This document shows, piece after piece, positions 43,197 to 55,326 of a DNA stretch of 64,000 nt (the first letter of the stretch is position 1; the number at the start of each line of letters is the position of its first letter). The stretch comes from Epithemia pelagica (taxonomy: Eukaryota > Protista > Bacillariophyta), in contig OX337234.1 of assembly GCA_946965045.2 (NCBI GenBank), forward strand, positions 744,001 through 808,000. The letters run 5' to 3'. The notes below the pieces were generated by a model. That model did not search any database. It worked only from the letters and a program-made list of their open reading frames with translations, and was not told the origin of the DNA. The translations under genes were made by a program, and so were the position numbers.

Positions 43197-46100
43197 CAAC
43201 CAAACCCGGGATGGTTCCCCGGGCTGCACGACGTGATCAAGCAGCTCGTTTACACAGTATTAGTGACGATCCTTTTATCAAGTTACACTATGCTGTGCTA
43301 CGGGCTATGGTGTCCTAGGTGCTACCACCTGGAGTCAGTCCTAGACTACGTCCAAAGGCTATGCGACTCCATAGCGACCTCTCTCGCGACCAAAATCAAA
43401 GTAAAGAAGAAACGAAGAATCGACCATGGCCGGAGACGACGGAGAACTAACTATACAGGACTCCTCCGGGCATTATGCATGGCAACGATACTGACTTCGA
43501 CAACCGGACAAGTTACTCACCGAGCGGCTCACGAAGTCGGCTTTGATACCGACAGCAGGAAAGTCTTGATTGACAATTGCGCAACCGCGTCAATTACGAA
43601 CGACATACAAGACTGCTGCACCAAACCAATCAAAATCAAACGAAAGGTCAAGGGAGTAGCAGGAACATATCAACCAGATATATACGAGACGACGATACGA
43701 TGGGATATCGAGGACGACGACGGCAAGATCCATACGATCACGCTCCCAAGGTCCTTCTACATCCCATCGACTCCAACCAAACTGCTTTCGCCCCAACATT
43801 GGGCACAAACAGCAAAAGATATCAAACCCTTGCCGAGAGGAACACGATGCGTGACATATAGCAACGCTATTGAATTGATTTGGGGGCAAGGACTCTTCAA
43901 ACGGACGATTCCATTGAAACAACGAGGTTCAAATGTGGGTGAGTTTACGACTGCCCCAGGATACACAAAATACGAAGCGTTTTGCAAAAAGGCAGGCACG
44001 ACAATCCAGCAAGAGGACAACAAGCCCTTGCTGGTCAACAACGCAAACCTCATTGAAGACGACGACGAATCCATCATGGAACGGTCTCCATCAACAATGG
44101 ACCAAGATGAGGGAGACGACTGGAGCATTGACGAAAATCACAAGAATCTTGACGACGAACAAAATGAACATTATTTTCCAACAAGAGATGTACCGATGAC
44201 TACCGAGTTCCTCATAGACCCCAGCGATACCGTACATGTGATTCCTAATGAAGAAGAGGTACTCCCCGAAAGTCCAACGCTCGAGTTACTCCGAACGCAT
44301 CATAGAATGGGTCACCTGTCGATGGCGAAAATCCAAAGCCTTGCACGACAGGGAGGACTCCCAAAGCGACTTGCAAACTGTAAGGTCCCGGTCTGTACGG
44401 CGTGTATGTACGGGAAAGCTACGCGACGTCCCTGGCGAATCAAAGGTCATCGTGGAACACTAGATACCATGACGTCACCGGGACAATGTGTGTCAGTCGA
44501 CCAAATGATATCAAAGACTCCGGGTTACATTGCGCACCTACGAGGGACTCCCACACGGGACAGATATAGGGTGGCTACGGTTTTCGTCGACCACTTCTCA
44601 GGGGTAGGCTATGTACACCTTCAACGGAGTACATCAGCTAAAGACACGATCGAAGCTAAAGAACGGTTTGAAGCTTGGGCAGACACTCACGGAGTCAAGA
44701 TCCGACATTATCATGCCGATAACGGCATCTTTGCCGACAATAAATTCCGGGAAGCAGTACAAATGAAGAATCAACGATTAACTTTTAGTGGGGTTAATGC
44801 TCATTTTCAAAGTGGCATGGCCGAACGACGTATAAGAGAACTACAAGAATCAGGAAGAACAATGCTGATACACGCCCAACGACGCTGGCCTAGTACAGTG
44901 ACGACGAACCTATGGCCCTACGCAGTCCGCTATGCCAACGACATGTTCAATGAGGCACCAATGAAGAAACACAAAGAAAAGACGCCAATGGAACTATTTA
45001 CAGGTTCAACGGTGAGATTCAATACACGACTCGCACATACGTTCGGATGCCCAGCATACGTACTCGACAACGAATTACAAAGCGGAACTCCAATTCCCAA
45101 ATGGTCCGAACGAGCTCGAGTTGGCATTTTCTTGGGCTATTCTCCCCAACATGCAAGGACAATCGGGCTTATCTTATCCCTTTCTTCCGGATTGACGTCA
45201 CCTCAATTTCATGTTCAATACGATGACCAATTTGAAACCATACGCAAGAGTTTTGGAGAGGCCCAACCAATATCTCAATGGCAGTATAAGGCAGGGTTCA
45301 CAAAAACCAAGCCACGCATGAGGGAGAATCAACCACGCGTGGAATTCGGAAGTACAACGACGTCATCCCGACGTGAGACCGACGTTACGATACCCGAAGA
45401 CAGGGACCAAACTAACGATGCTAACCCGCCAATCGAAGAACGAGAAACTATGCCAGAGCATGAGGGAGCTAGGCGGTCCCAACGTACTCCTCGTCGAACG
45501 CAACGATATCAAGACTACTTGACTTCGCTCCAAGAACCCGAAGACGCGATCGGAGAAGTAGCTATCACAGCTAAACCAACTGTGACAGTCAAAACGGCTC
45601 AAGCTAACAGCAATCCAGATGTTATGTACTGGCATGAAGCGATGAAACAAGAGGATCGAGCGGAATTCATAAAGGCAGCACAGAAAGAAGTACAAGATCA
45701 TAGCGATAATGGGCTATGGGAGGTGGTCAAGCGAAAGGACATTCCAAAAGGAGCGCTAATCTCTCGAGGAGTGTGGAGTTGCGTCCGAAAGAGAAGACTA
45801 AAAACTAGAGAAGTCTACAAATGGAAATCCAGATTGGCATACGATGGATCCATGCAAGAAAAGGGGGTTAACTATTGGGAAACCTACGCTCCCGTGATTC
45901 AATGGCCCGTCGTCAGATTCATCCTAACTATGGCACTCACACAAGGATGGCACATCAAACAGGTAGATTATGTGCTGGCATATACACAAGCAGTCGCCGA
46001 GACTGATATGTACATGGAAGCGCCGAAAAGTTTCACCTTCGATACAAAAGGAAACCAGCGAGCAGAGGACTATGTCCTCAAGATCAAGCAAAATTACTAT

Positions 46101-47228
46101 GGGCAGAAGCAGGGTGCTCGAGTATGGAATCAACACCTCGTGGAACGACTTAAGCAAGTCGGTTTCCAACAAAGTGCACACGACGAGTGCCTCTTTTACC
46201 ATGGTAAATGCGTATACATTTTGTATACGGACGATTCCTTATTGTTGGGTCCCGAAAAAGAAGAACTCGACCGGTTGATTGTTACAATGGAGAATAGTGG
46301 TCTGAAAATGACCTATGAAGACGGAGTCAACGATTTTCTTGGGGTCAACATCGACAGAAAAGAAGATGGCACCATCCACTTGACTCAACCACATTTAATT
46401 GACTCAATCCTCCAAGACCTTCACCTTGCCGCCGAATCAACAAAGAAGAAGGAAACACCGGCACCAACCACAGTACGCTTGAGACAAGACCAAGACGGGA
46501 AAGCGTTTGATCACCATTTCCATTACAGGTCGGCGATCGGGAAACTCAACTTCCTGGAAAAGAGCACGAGACCAGATATTAGTTTCGCCGTCCACCAATG
46601 TGCTAGATTTTGCGAAAACCCAAAAGCAATTCATGGGAAAGCAGTCAAACACATAGCACGTTACCTCGCCGGAACACGAAAGCAAGGAGTGATACTCAAA
46701 CCCGACACCACGAAATCTTTCCAAGTATTCGCCGACGCGGATTTTGCAGGAAATTTTAACAAGCTCGACCACCCAAACAAGGACATGGCTCGGTCTCGAA
46801 CGGGATTTGTGGTCTTCTATGCAGGTTGCCCCATCCTCTGGCAATCAAAACTGCAGTCAGAGATAGCCTTATCAACCACGGAAGCAGAGATCATCAGTTT
46901 GTCGCACGCACTACGTACCGTCATTCCGTTGATGGCCATTACTCGTGAGATGAAGGAGTTGGGATTCCCTATTCTCTCTACGACGCCCAATATACACTGC
47001 AAGGCCTTTGAAGATAACAGTGGTGCAGTCGAACTCGCAACTATATACAAGTACAGACCCAGAACACGGTATCTGTGCACCAAGTTGTTCCATTTCAAAT
47101 CTTTTGTGGAACGAAAAGAGATCGAGATTCACCCGTGCGCGACAGACGATCAGACTGCGGATATCTTCACTAAATCACTCAACGAATCATCGTTCGAGAA
47201 ACATCGCAAGAGTATACAAAGATGGTAA
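43197..47228 (+). CDS. pol: copia 2 pol (PR-IN-RT-RNase H), probably translated by stop-codon readthrough
   Basis: Open in the gag frame from 43197. Protease LIDNCATASIT. Integrase HHRMGH...CTAC, FVDHFS, HADNG, AERRI. RT YTDD. RNase H ADADFAG...EAE...FEDNSGA. Confidence 0.9.
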   Translation, partial: QPNPGWFPGLHDVIKQLVYTVLVTILLSSYTMLCYGLWCPRCYHLESVLDYVQRLCDSIATSLATKIKVKKKRRIDHGRRRRRTNYTGLLRALCMATILTSTTGQVTHRAAHEVGFDTDSRKVLIDNCATASITNDIQDCCTKPIKIKRKVKGVAGTYQPDIYETTIRWDIEDDDGKIHTITLPRSFYIPSTPTKLLSPQHWAQTAKDIKPLPRGTRCVTYSNAIELIWGQGLFKRTIPLKQRGSNVGEFTTAPGYTKYEAFCKKAGTTIQQEDNKPLLVNNANLIEDDDESIMERSPSTMDQDEGDDWSIDENHKNLDDEQNEHYFPTRDVPMTTEFLIDPSDTVHVIPNEEEVLPESPTLELLRTHHRMGHLSMAKIQSLARQGGLPKRLANCKVPVCTACMYGKATRRPWRIKGHRGTLDTMTSPGQCVSVDQMISKTPGYIAHLRGTPTRDRYRVATVFVDHFSGVGYVHLQRSTSAKDTIEAKERFEAWADTHGVKIRHYHADNGIFADNKFREAVQMKNQRLTFSGVNAHFQSGMAERRIRELQESGRTMLIHAQRRWPSTVTTNLWPYAVRYANDMFNEAPMKKHKEKTPMELFTGSTVRFNTRLAHTFGCPAYVLDNELQSGTPIPKWSERARVGIFLGYSPQHARTIGLILSLSSGLTSPQFHVQYDDQFETIRKSFGEAQPISQWQYKAGFTKTKPRMRENQPRVEFGSTTTSSRRETDVTIPEDRDQTNDANPPIEERETMPEHEGARRSQRTPRRTQRYQDYLTSLQEPEDAIGEVAITAKPTVTVKTAQANSNPDVMYWHEAMKQEDRAEFIKAAQKEVQDHSDNGLWEVVKRKDIPKGALISRGVWSCVRKRRLKTREVYKWKSRLAYDGSMQEKGVNYWETYAPVIQWPVVRFILTMALTQGWHIKQVDYVLAYTQAVAETDMYMEAPKSFTFDTKGNQRAEDYVLKIKQNYYGQKQGARVWNQHLVERLKQVGFQQSAHDECLFYHGKCVYILYTDDSLLLGPEKEELDRLIVTMENSGLKMTYEDGVNDFLGVNIDRKEDGTIHLTQPHLIDSILQDLHLAAESTKKKETPAPTTVRLRQDQDGKAFDHHFHYRSAIGKLNFLEKSTRPDISFAVHQCARFCENPKAIHGKAVKHIARYLAGTRKQGVILKPDTTKSFQVFADADFAGNFNKLDHPNKDMARSRTGFVVFYAGCPILWQSKLQSEIALSTTEAEIISLSHALRTVIPLMAITREMKELGFPILSTTPNIHCKAFEDNSGAVELATIYKYRPRTRYLCTKLFHFKSFVERKEIEIHPCATDDQTADIFTKSLNESSFEKHRKSIQRW

Positions 47229-47255
47229 CATCGACTCTACTCGGCCGAGAGGGAG

Positions 47256-47724
47256 TGTTCAAAATAATGAGATATGGTCAGTGAATGAAGAAGTGCGACC
47301 AATATTCGGAACCGGCATTCGGAAGTAGAAGATTCGACCGACAAGAGACGAGTACCATCTTACCATCGTTATTCCAAAACAGAACAAATGAACCAATGGG
47401 CCGACCAAGTCTCATTTGGAGCAACGCGTCATCAACAATAACGGCCCAAACAAGTCCAATACATAGAGAAACGAGATCCTATGGCATCCCATAACTGTCG
47501 TCGTCTAAACATTCTGACAGGCAAGAACGGGCTGGACGACGATACATAGGAAACCAAGATGCAACAAAATCGCAAAAGATCTCCAATCTACTTTATCCAA
47601 CGGCCGATGATCCAACGCATCACGGCCATCGCTACGAGTAGAAGTAAAGACTAAGCACACAACTTAACTTTGTTTTACACGGGTTGAGCTCGTTCTTGTT
47701 GCCCACGGTAGCAGGAAAACAACA
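47256..47724 (+). repeat. 3' LTR of copia 2
   Basis: Follows the PPT, is 469 bp long and is followed by GGAAAT. Confidence 0.97.
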
Positions 47725-48982
47725 GGAAATCTGTTGGCTTACCCGACGGATGTTGTGATATGAGAGAGCTTGGATTTAGAACGTCAATTCTAGGCGACAG
47801 CGTTGGAGAAAAAGACCAGTGTGCTACAATATTTGGTCAAGTTGGGATGAAAAACGATGAAGAGCTCCTCAAGTTCAGGAAAGATCTAGAGCATGCGAAA
47901 AAAACCAAGTCTGTACTCATGGCAGCGATTTCATCGAAGGCTGAGACACAATAAGATGCTTCAAACAACGGAAAGCCGGATTGATGGCTGCAAAAGCATC
48001 TAAAGGGCAACCCAAAGATGTCAAGCCCTCCGATGGGGAAAATCCGGATTGATGGCAGCGATTGCTGCAAAAAGGTCCCAAAACGACAATGACTCTAACG
48101 ACTAAGGAGGGAGATCTGGATTGATGGTGGCCATTGCCGTCTTGGTGCCGAAGAATGACACCGCAGATGCTAACAATGATGGAGCAGGATTGGTTGGCTG
48201 CAAATGCCGCCAGAGCGCCATATCATGAGAGCACCAAGAATGACAAAGCGGGATTGATGGCCGCGATTTCCAACAAGGCACCGAAAAATACCAGTAACTC
48301 GAATGACAGAGGAGGAAGAGCTGCCTTAGTGGCCACCAAGGGGCCGAAGAATGAAATGTTCCAGTCTTAGTTAACCAACTACTTGGAGAAACTCGTGTTG
48401 TAACTCCATCGTTTTGTTCAAAGATAGAGCCACTTGCTATTCACACTATTGTTAGAACTTGACGCAGTAGGCAGTTCCAGTCAAACTGTGATAGTGGACA
48501 GCTACTACCGGCAACAAGAATAGCAACAAGTCGGTCACCATTCGGTCCAACTATAGTGACCTGGGTATGCGTGATTTGCCGATGCTCATGGCGGACACTC
48601 AATCGGCACGTCGTCCACTACGGGGTTGGGCGTCACATTCACCAAGGAAGCAGGGTCAGGAGAAGCCTGGATTGAAGCCGGACCCCCGAATCGAGGTGCC
48701 AGTTCTTCGAGATCGACCCTTCCTTGGCCAAGCTAGGATTCAATCAAGCTACCTAGGTAGTATCCATGCCCAGATAGGGGGGATTGAGGTCTTTTGATTC
48801 CTTCATTACAATCGATTTCAGTGTTTTGAGTACATAGGCCAATTTTATTACCGAAATAGTGGGAACTTGATCTAACGACCCGGATACGTCGAACCAATTT
48901 ATCATTTTGCGTTCCAACGGCCACTACATGTAGAGAACTGCAATCTGCATTCTTGCCCTCAGTAGAGAAGCTGCTGCTACTA

Positions 48983-50386
48983 CTAGGAACGAATCGATCC
49001 ACCTCGTCTTGCATAAATGGTAAAGTAACCCTCTGGAATACCATTCTGTTGCTGCTTTGATGATCTCTTGTGGTTATCCACTCGCTTTGGAGCTTCTTCG
49101 TCGTAGAAGACAACCCGCCTGGGACTCCCGCTGGTCAACGACCCCAAGAAAGGCTCTTCTTCAAATCGGACGAGCTCGCATGGACTAAAACAAACAGTTT
49201 CCTCAATGCCATAGAGATGTCGAATTCCCATTGATTTCAAAGTAGTGAGACTTACAACAAAGAATGGCTTGTGTTCCCAAGAGTTTTGGATGAGAAACTC
49301 TAAATCTCCATTCACGAGACGAGCGCCCACGACAAGAACGGCATGGTTGGGGTTGAGAAACTGTGCGGACTGTTCCTCATGCCACGGCGCGCGAAATAGC
49401 AAATCGTCACTGTCGATAAGCTCTTGTGTGACCTTCAATCCCTCAATCATGTATGCACCGTTTGTCTGCAGTGTCTCTGAGAAAAGGTCAAAGAGCGTAC
49501 GAGCTCTGAGACAGGAAATTGGAATTTTGTGGTTGACTTCTATCTCGGGATTCTGTTCCTGCAGGAGTCTTTTGGCATGAGGCTCTAAATGGCCACCGTC
49601 GCCGCGAAAGATATTGGAAAAGATCTCTTTGGGGGAGAATCTGTTCCGCATGTACCGACACACATTGATGTGTTTGTACTTTGGCTCTTTCTCCACAACA
49701 TCATCCGAGGAGCTAGTTCTTTTCTTTACTCGTTGAAGTTCGCCCAAGTAGTAAATGGCGTTCGCCACCACGACAGCGTAGCAGATCGTTGAGTCTTGTC
49801 GCTGGTATCGGAGAAAGGGTTTGACACCTTCATCAAAAAGGGTTACCTTGGTTTCGGATTTTTCGGTACCCCATTCTGGATGGCGTTGAAGAAAGTCTGC
49901 AAATTTCGAATGACCAGAATCACCAGAGTCTTCTTCGTCGCCTTTCTTCCGGACAAAGGCATCAAGTCTCTTTCCAAATGCAGACTCGGGATCCATTACA
50001 GCGTCGATGAGATTTTGGAATATACAGTTTGGGTCTTTTTGAACTAGTTCAGGCTGCTTCTTGAGCAGGAGGAACGCTGCCTTGACCTTTTGGATTCCGG
50101 TGAGTGTGCTCCATTCATGGCGACTAGCAAGAGAATTCCATTCGACAGCTATAGCGTGAATAGGACGGTCCGATAACTTTGCTTGGGGAGGTGTACATTT
50201 GTTCTGCTGAAAGAGGTCGTGGACCGTCTTTAGTCGAGTCTTTGGAGACTGAATACTTCCCGTCGTCTCTTCTTCCTCGTCAGCCTCGGTGGACGCCGTT
50301 ACACTTTGAAGATCGGGAATATCCTCAAACTTGCTCCAGTCCATACTCTCAACAGTCTCGTGATTGTTGATGGCTTCTTGACTCAT
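48983..50386 (-). CDS. papain-like cysteine peptidase, array copy (EIEVNHK cassette, FDLF variant)
   Basis: 467 aa with the triad intact. One I>L change relative to the 32794 copy. Confidence 0.82.
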   Translation of the reverse strand: MSQEAINNHETVESMDWSKFEDIPDLQSVTASTEADEEEETTGSIQSPKTRLKTVHDLFQQNKCTPPQAKLSDRPIHAIAVEWNSLASRHEWSTLTGIQKVKAAFLLLKKQPELVQKDPNCIFQNLIDAVMDPESAFGKRLDAFVRKKGDEEDSGDSGHSKFADFLQRHPEWGTEKSETKVTLFDEGVKPFLRYQRQDSTICYAVVVANAIYYLGELQRVKKRTSSSDDVVEKEPKYKHINVCRYMRNRFSPKEIFSNIFRGDGGHLEPHAKRLLQEQNPEIEVNHKIPISCLRARTLFDLFSETLQTNGAYMIEGLKVTQELIDSDDLLFRAPWHEEQSAQFLNPNHAVLVVGARLVNGDLEFLIQNSWEHKPFFVVSLTTLKSMGIRHLYGIEETVCFSPCELVRFEEEPFLGSLTSGSPRRVVFYDEEAPKRVDNHKRSSKQQQNGIPEGYFTIYARRGGSIRS

Positions 50387-53300
50387 TGTGTAATACTTTC
50401 GGTCCTGATCAATATATGAAAAGCAAGAACTCAGACCGTGGACAAAGTTCTACCTTAGTTGTCTTCTTGTGATTTTGGGACTGTGAGAGGCGTTTCGCAG
50501 TTTCGTTTTCGATCGTGGAGGAACACATTGCGCTGCGGGATTAGACTCTCGGAATCGAACGACGTGCAGGCGCGTTTACGCTCCCCCTTTTGTTGTTGTG
50601 AGCCACACAAAACGGCGATCGATTTCCTAGTAAAGGTAGATCCATGGAACGCTAGGCGGACCTGACTGGAATTTTCAAAGCAATAAAAGGTATACTGTAG
50701 CGGTCCATTCCTTTGCTGTTTTTATGTTGTTTCCTGTTCTTCTTCTTCTTCTTGTGATTGTTTGCATTGGGCCAGATGCTCTTGCAACTTCACGAGGCAA
50801 TTGGCGGCCTGGAGATAGGATTGCAAACACGCACGAGCCTCTTGTTGCGCCCGATGCAATTCCTTGGGTGGCAAAGCTCCCGCCAACAATTCCAAAGGAT
50901 CCATCAAGCCATTGGGAGAAAAAGAGGAAGCCAATGACGACGACGACGACACGGGTGGTTGAGACTCGGACTTGGCGGGTTCTTCCTCTGTTTCAGTCAC
51001 AACCAACATTATTCCAGGAGTGGTTGTAGTCTTGTGGTCCGTTGTGCCCTTGTTTCGTCGTCGTTGTCGCAATCCTGTTTGTTCGGTGGGAGCATGGATT
51101 CGTCGGCTTGGTTCGCTTCTTCTACTGCTTCTTCACGATGCAAGTCGGGAATGTCACCATCCGTTTTCGTTTGTTTCGTGGTTCGTTCCGCCTTGGTTAC
51201 TGTGATTGTGGTTGTTTGAGTGGTGGTCGTTGGTCCAGATCAAGGAGACATGAGTCGTGGTGGTGCCTGGTGCGTCTTGTTGTGTATTATTCTTGTTGTG
51301 ATCTGTAGTCGCACATGGAGGCGAGTGGACTTTCCCATCGTACATTGGAAGCGGTGCAGTAGGATTCCATGGCCAATAGTGCAGTAGCTGTAACCGAGAA
51401 AGACGGCACAGGTGTCGTTGATCTCCAAAGTTTTTTTCCCAATGAGCGTCTGTAGCCGACGGAAGTTTGAGTGTGGTGATGGCTTATCGACTTGTGCACC
51501 CCAAAATACCGTCTTGAAATTCCGGTAATGTTGAGCAGAAAGATGTCAAGCCTGCGACAACACCCACAGTCAACAAGCGATTTGACAGGCGTCAAAACAC
51601 ATGAGACAACCGCATCTCCAATGTCGTATAAGACATCCGGGCAAAATAATGCGTCTGGTCATGATCGCCTGTGTTTTGACCCTCAAAGCCAACCCGAAAT
51701 GCCCAGGTATCAAAAGCACTCGGTATCTTTAAATCATGGTTGAAAGCCTTTTTTCTCTTGAACTTCCTGTGGCCTTGTCGCTCGGGTAGGTGCCAGCTAC
51801 AGTTAGGACGACAACAGCATGCGGAGAGCTGCAAATGTCCAATACGGTTAGCGTGGAGGCCTCAGAACCATTCTGTGCACACAAAATAGATGGCCTCCCG
51901 TTTCAAAATAGTGAAAGCCGTCACCTAGAACGATTCTAATATCACAATTCGAAAATCAGCAACACAACCGATTGGAATACCGCCTTCGTAGACTTGGCCA
52001 AACGCGTAGGGGAGCAAACAAGAGGAGCAAAGCTGCCAAACATTTTGTGGACCCTGATCGTTGCCCTCATCGCTGGATAGATGCTTTGAGCAGATCGTGC
52101 ATCTTTATTTCGGCACTCTGCTGCTTCTGTCGTTGTCGCTTGCATATTCCATGACTGAATGGGCTTGATGCATGCTCTCACTCTTTCAGGTGCAACGACC
52201 AAAAGGTCTTTGCTGTTCAACGTCAGTCCGTCGTCTCGGCTTTAGTAATCCAACTGTAACTGTGGGCAATGAGATATTCTTGATTGGAGCAAGGACAATG
52301 ATCAACAGCAAACGTCGGTCACGCAGTGATCATAACGATAGCCCAGGTGCGTTGAAGAAAGATAGTCGGTTTGGAAAGTATTACAAAATGAAGTCTGTTG
52401 GTCTATACCTGAAGGAGCCCTTCGCAATGTCATGACTCGAGACAGTGTAGACCTTGATTGGGAGAAGAACTATGAAGACCACATATCGAAGCCCGCATGT
52501 GATTCCATGGATGGTCCTGCCTAAAAGATAACGAACGATTCTCAAAGTTAATCTGTAGGTTTACCGGACGGTGCCGCAATTAACGCAATGACAAGGGAAG
52601 ATGTTGACCCGAGGGCTCTGGAATTAGACTGGGACAAGAAATATGAAGCAAAACACTGGAAGAGGAAATCTGTTGGCTTACCCGACGGATGTTGTGATAT
52701 GAGAGAGCTTGGATTTAGAACGTCAATTCTAGGCGACAGCGTTGGAGAAAAAGACCAGTGTGCTACAATATTTGGTCAAGTTGGGATGAAAAACGATGAA
52801 GAGCTCCTCAAGTTCAGGAAAGATCTAGAGCATGCGAAAAAAACCCAAGTCTGTACTCATGGCAGCGATTTCATCGAAGGCTGAGACACAATAAGATGCT
52901 TCAAACAACGGAAAGCCGGATTGATGGCTGCAAAAGCATCTAAAGGGCAACCCAAAGATGTCAAGCCCTCCGATGGGGAAAATCCGGATTGATGGCAGCG
53001 ATTGCTGCAAAAAGGTCCCAAAACGACAATGACTCTAACGACTAAGGAGGGAGATCTGGATTGATGGTGGCCATTGCCGTCTTGGTGCCGAAGAATGACA
53101 CCGCAGATGCTAACAATGATGGAGCAGGATTGGTTGGCTGCAAATGCCGCCAGAGCGCCATATCATGAGAGCACCAAGAATGACAAAGCGGGATTGATGG
53201 CCGCGATTTCCAACAAGGCACCGAAAAATACCAGTAACTCGAATGACAGAGGAGGAAGAGCTGCCTTAGTGGCCACCAAGGGGCCGAAGAATGAAATGTT

Positions 53301-53922
53301 CCAGTCTTAGTTAACCAACTACTTGGAGAAACTCGTGTTGTAACTCCATCGTTTTGTTCAAAGATAGAGCCACTTGCTATTCACACTATTGTTAGAACTT
53401 GACGCAGTAGGCAGTTCCAGTCAAACTGTGATAGTGGACAGCTACTACCGGCAACAAGAATAGCAACAAGTCGGTCACCATTCGGTCCAACTATAGTGAC
53501 CTGGGTATGCGTGATTTGCCGATGCTCATGGCGGACACTCAATCGGCACGTCGTCCACTACGGGGTTGGGCGTCACATTCACCAAGGAAGCAGGGTCAGG
53601 AGAAGCCTGGATTGAAGCCGGACCCCCGAATCGAGGTGCCAGTTCTTCGAGATCGACCCTTCCTTGGCCAAGCTAGGATTCAATCAAGCTACCTAGGTAG
53701 TATCCATGCCCAGATAGGGGGGATTGAGGTCTTTTGATTCCTTCATTACAATCGATTTCAGTGTTTTGAGTACATAGGCCAATTTTATTACCGAAATAGT
53801 GGGAACTTGATCTAACGACCCGGATACGTCGAACCAATTTATCATTTTGCGTTCCAACGGCCACTACATGTAGAGAACTGCAATCTGCATTCTTGCCCTC
53901 AGTAGAGAAGCTGCTGCTACTA

Positions 53923-55326
53923 CTAGGAACGAATCGATCCACCTCGTCTTGCATAAATGGTAAAGTAACCCTCTGGAATACCATTCTGTTGCTGCTTTGA
54001 TGATCTCTTGTGGTTATCCACTCGCTTTGGAGCTTCTTCGTCGTAGAAGACAACCCGCCTGGGACTCCCGCTGGTCAACGACCCCAAGAAAGGCTCTTCT
54101 TCAAATCGGACGAGCTCGCATGGACTAAAACAAACAGTTTCCTCAATGCCATAGAGATGTCGAATTCCCATTGATTTCAAAGTAGTGAGACTTACAACAA
54201 AGAATGGCTTGTGTTCCCAGGAGTTTTGGATGAGAAACTCTAAATCTCCATTCACGAGACGAACGCCCACGACAAGAACGGCATGGTTGGGGTTGAGAAA
54301 CTGTGCGGACTGTTCCTCATGCCACGGCGCGCGAAATAGCAAATCGTCACTGTCGATAAGCTCTTGTGTGACCTTCAATCCCTCAATCATGTATGCACCG
54401 TTTGTCTGCAGTGTCTCTGAGAAAAGGTCAAAGAGCGTATGAGCTTTGCCAAGGAAAATTGGAAACTCATGGACGACCTTTTTGTCGGGATTCTGTTCCT
54501 GCAGGAGTCTTTTGGCATGAGGCTCTAAATGGCCACCGTCGCCGCGAAAGATATTGGAAAAGATCTCTTTGGGGGAGAATCTGTTCCGCATGTACCGACA
54601 CACATTGATGTGTTTGTACTTTGGCTCTTTCTCCACAACATCATCCGAGGAGCTAGTTCTTTTCTTTACTCGTTGAAGTTCGCCCAAGTAGTAAATGGCG
54701 TTCGCCACCACGACAGCGTAGCAGATCGTTGAGTCTTGTCGCTGGTATCGGAGAAAGGGTTTGACACCTTCATCAAAAAGGGTTACCTTGGTTTCGGATT
54801 TTTCGGTACCCCATTCTGGATGGCGTTGAAGAAAGTCTGCAAATTTCGAATGACCAGAATCACCAGAGTCTTCTTCGTCGCCTTTCTTCCGGACAAAGGC
54901 ATCAAGTCTCTTTCCAAATGCAGACTCGGGATCCATTACAGCGTCGATGAGATTTTGGAATATACAGTTTGGGTCTTTTTGAACTAGTTCAGGCTGCTTC
55001 TTGAGCAGGAGGAACGCTGCCTTGACCTTTTGGATTCCGGTGAGTGTGCTCCATTCATGGCGACTAGCAAGAGAATTCCATTCGACAGCTATAGCGTGAA
55101 TAGGACGGTCCGATAACTTTGCTTGGGGAGGTGTACATTTGTTCTGCTGAAAGAGGTCGTGGACCGTCTTTAGTCGAGTCTTTGGAGACTGAATACTTCC
55201 CGTCGTCTCTTCTTCCTCGTCAGCCTCGGTGGACGCCGTTACACTTTGAAGATCGGGAATATCCTCAAACTTGCTCCAGTCCATACTCTCAACAGTCTCG
55301 TGATTGTTGATGGCTTCTTGACTCAT
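53923..55326 (-). CDS. papain-like cysteine peptidase, array copy (DKKVVHE cassette)
   Basis: 467 aa with the triad intact. Alternative 17-aa cassette, and GVRL instead of GARL. Confidence 0.82.
   Translation of the reverse strand: MSQEAINNHETVESMDWSKFEDIPDLQSVTASTEADEEEETTGSIQSPKTRLKTVHDLFQQNKCTPPQAKLSDRPIHAIAVEWNSLASRHEWSTLTGIQKVKAAFLLLKKQPELVQKDPNCIFQNLIDAVMDPESAFGKRLDAFVRKKGDEEDSGDSGHSKFADFLQRHPEWGTEKSETKVTLFDEGVKPFLRYQRQDSTICYAVVVANAIYYLGELQRVKKRTSSSDDVVEKEPKYKHINVCRYMRNRFSPKEIFSNIFRGDGGHLEPHAKRLLQEQNPDKKVVHEFPIFLGKAHTLFDLFSETLQTNGAYMIEGLKVTQELIDSDDLLFRAPWHEEQSAQFLNPNHAVLVVGVRLVNGDLEFLIQNSWEHKPFFVVSLTTLKSMGIRHLYGIEETVCFSPCELVRFEEEPFLGSLTSGSPRRVVFYDEEAPKRVDNHKRSSKQQQNGIPEGYFTIYARRGGSIRS

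Larger units (their letters stand above)
41421..47724 (+). mobile_element. Ty1/copia LTR retrotransposon 2, full length (6,304 bp), recent
   Basis: Two 469-bp LTRs with TGTT...AACA ends. GGAAAT duplicated on both flanks. gag and pol are intact. PPT GAGAGGGAG at 47247-47255. Confidence 0.97.
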
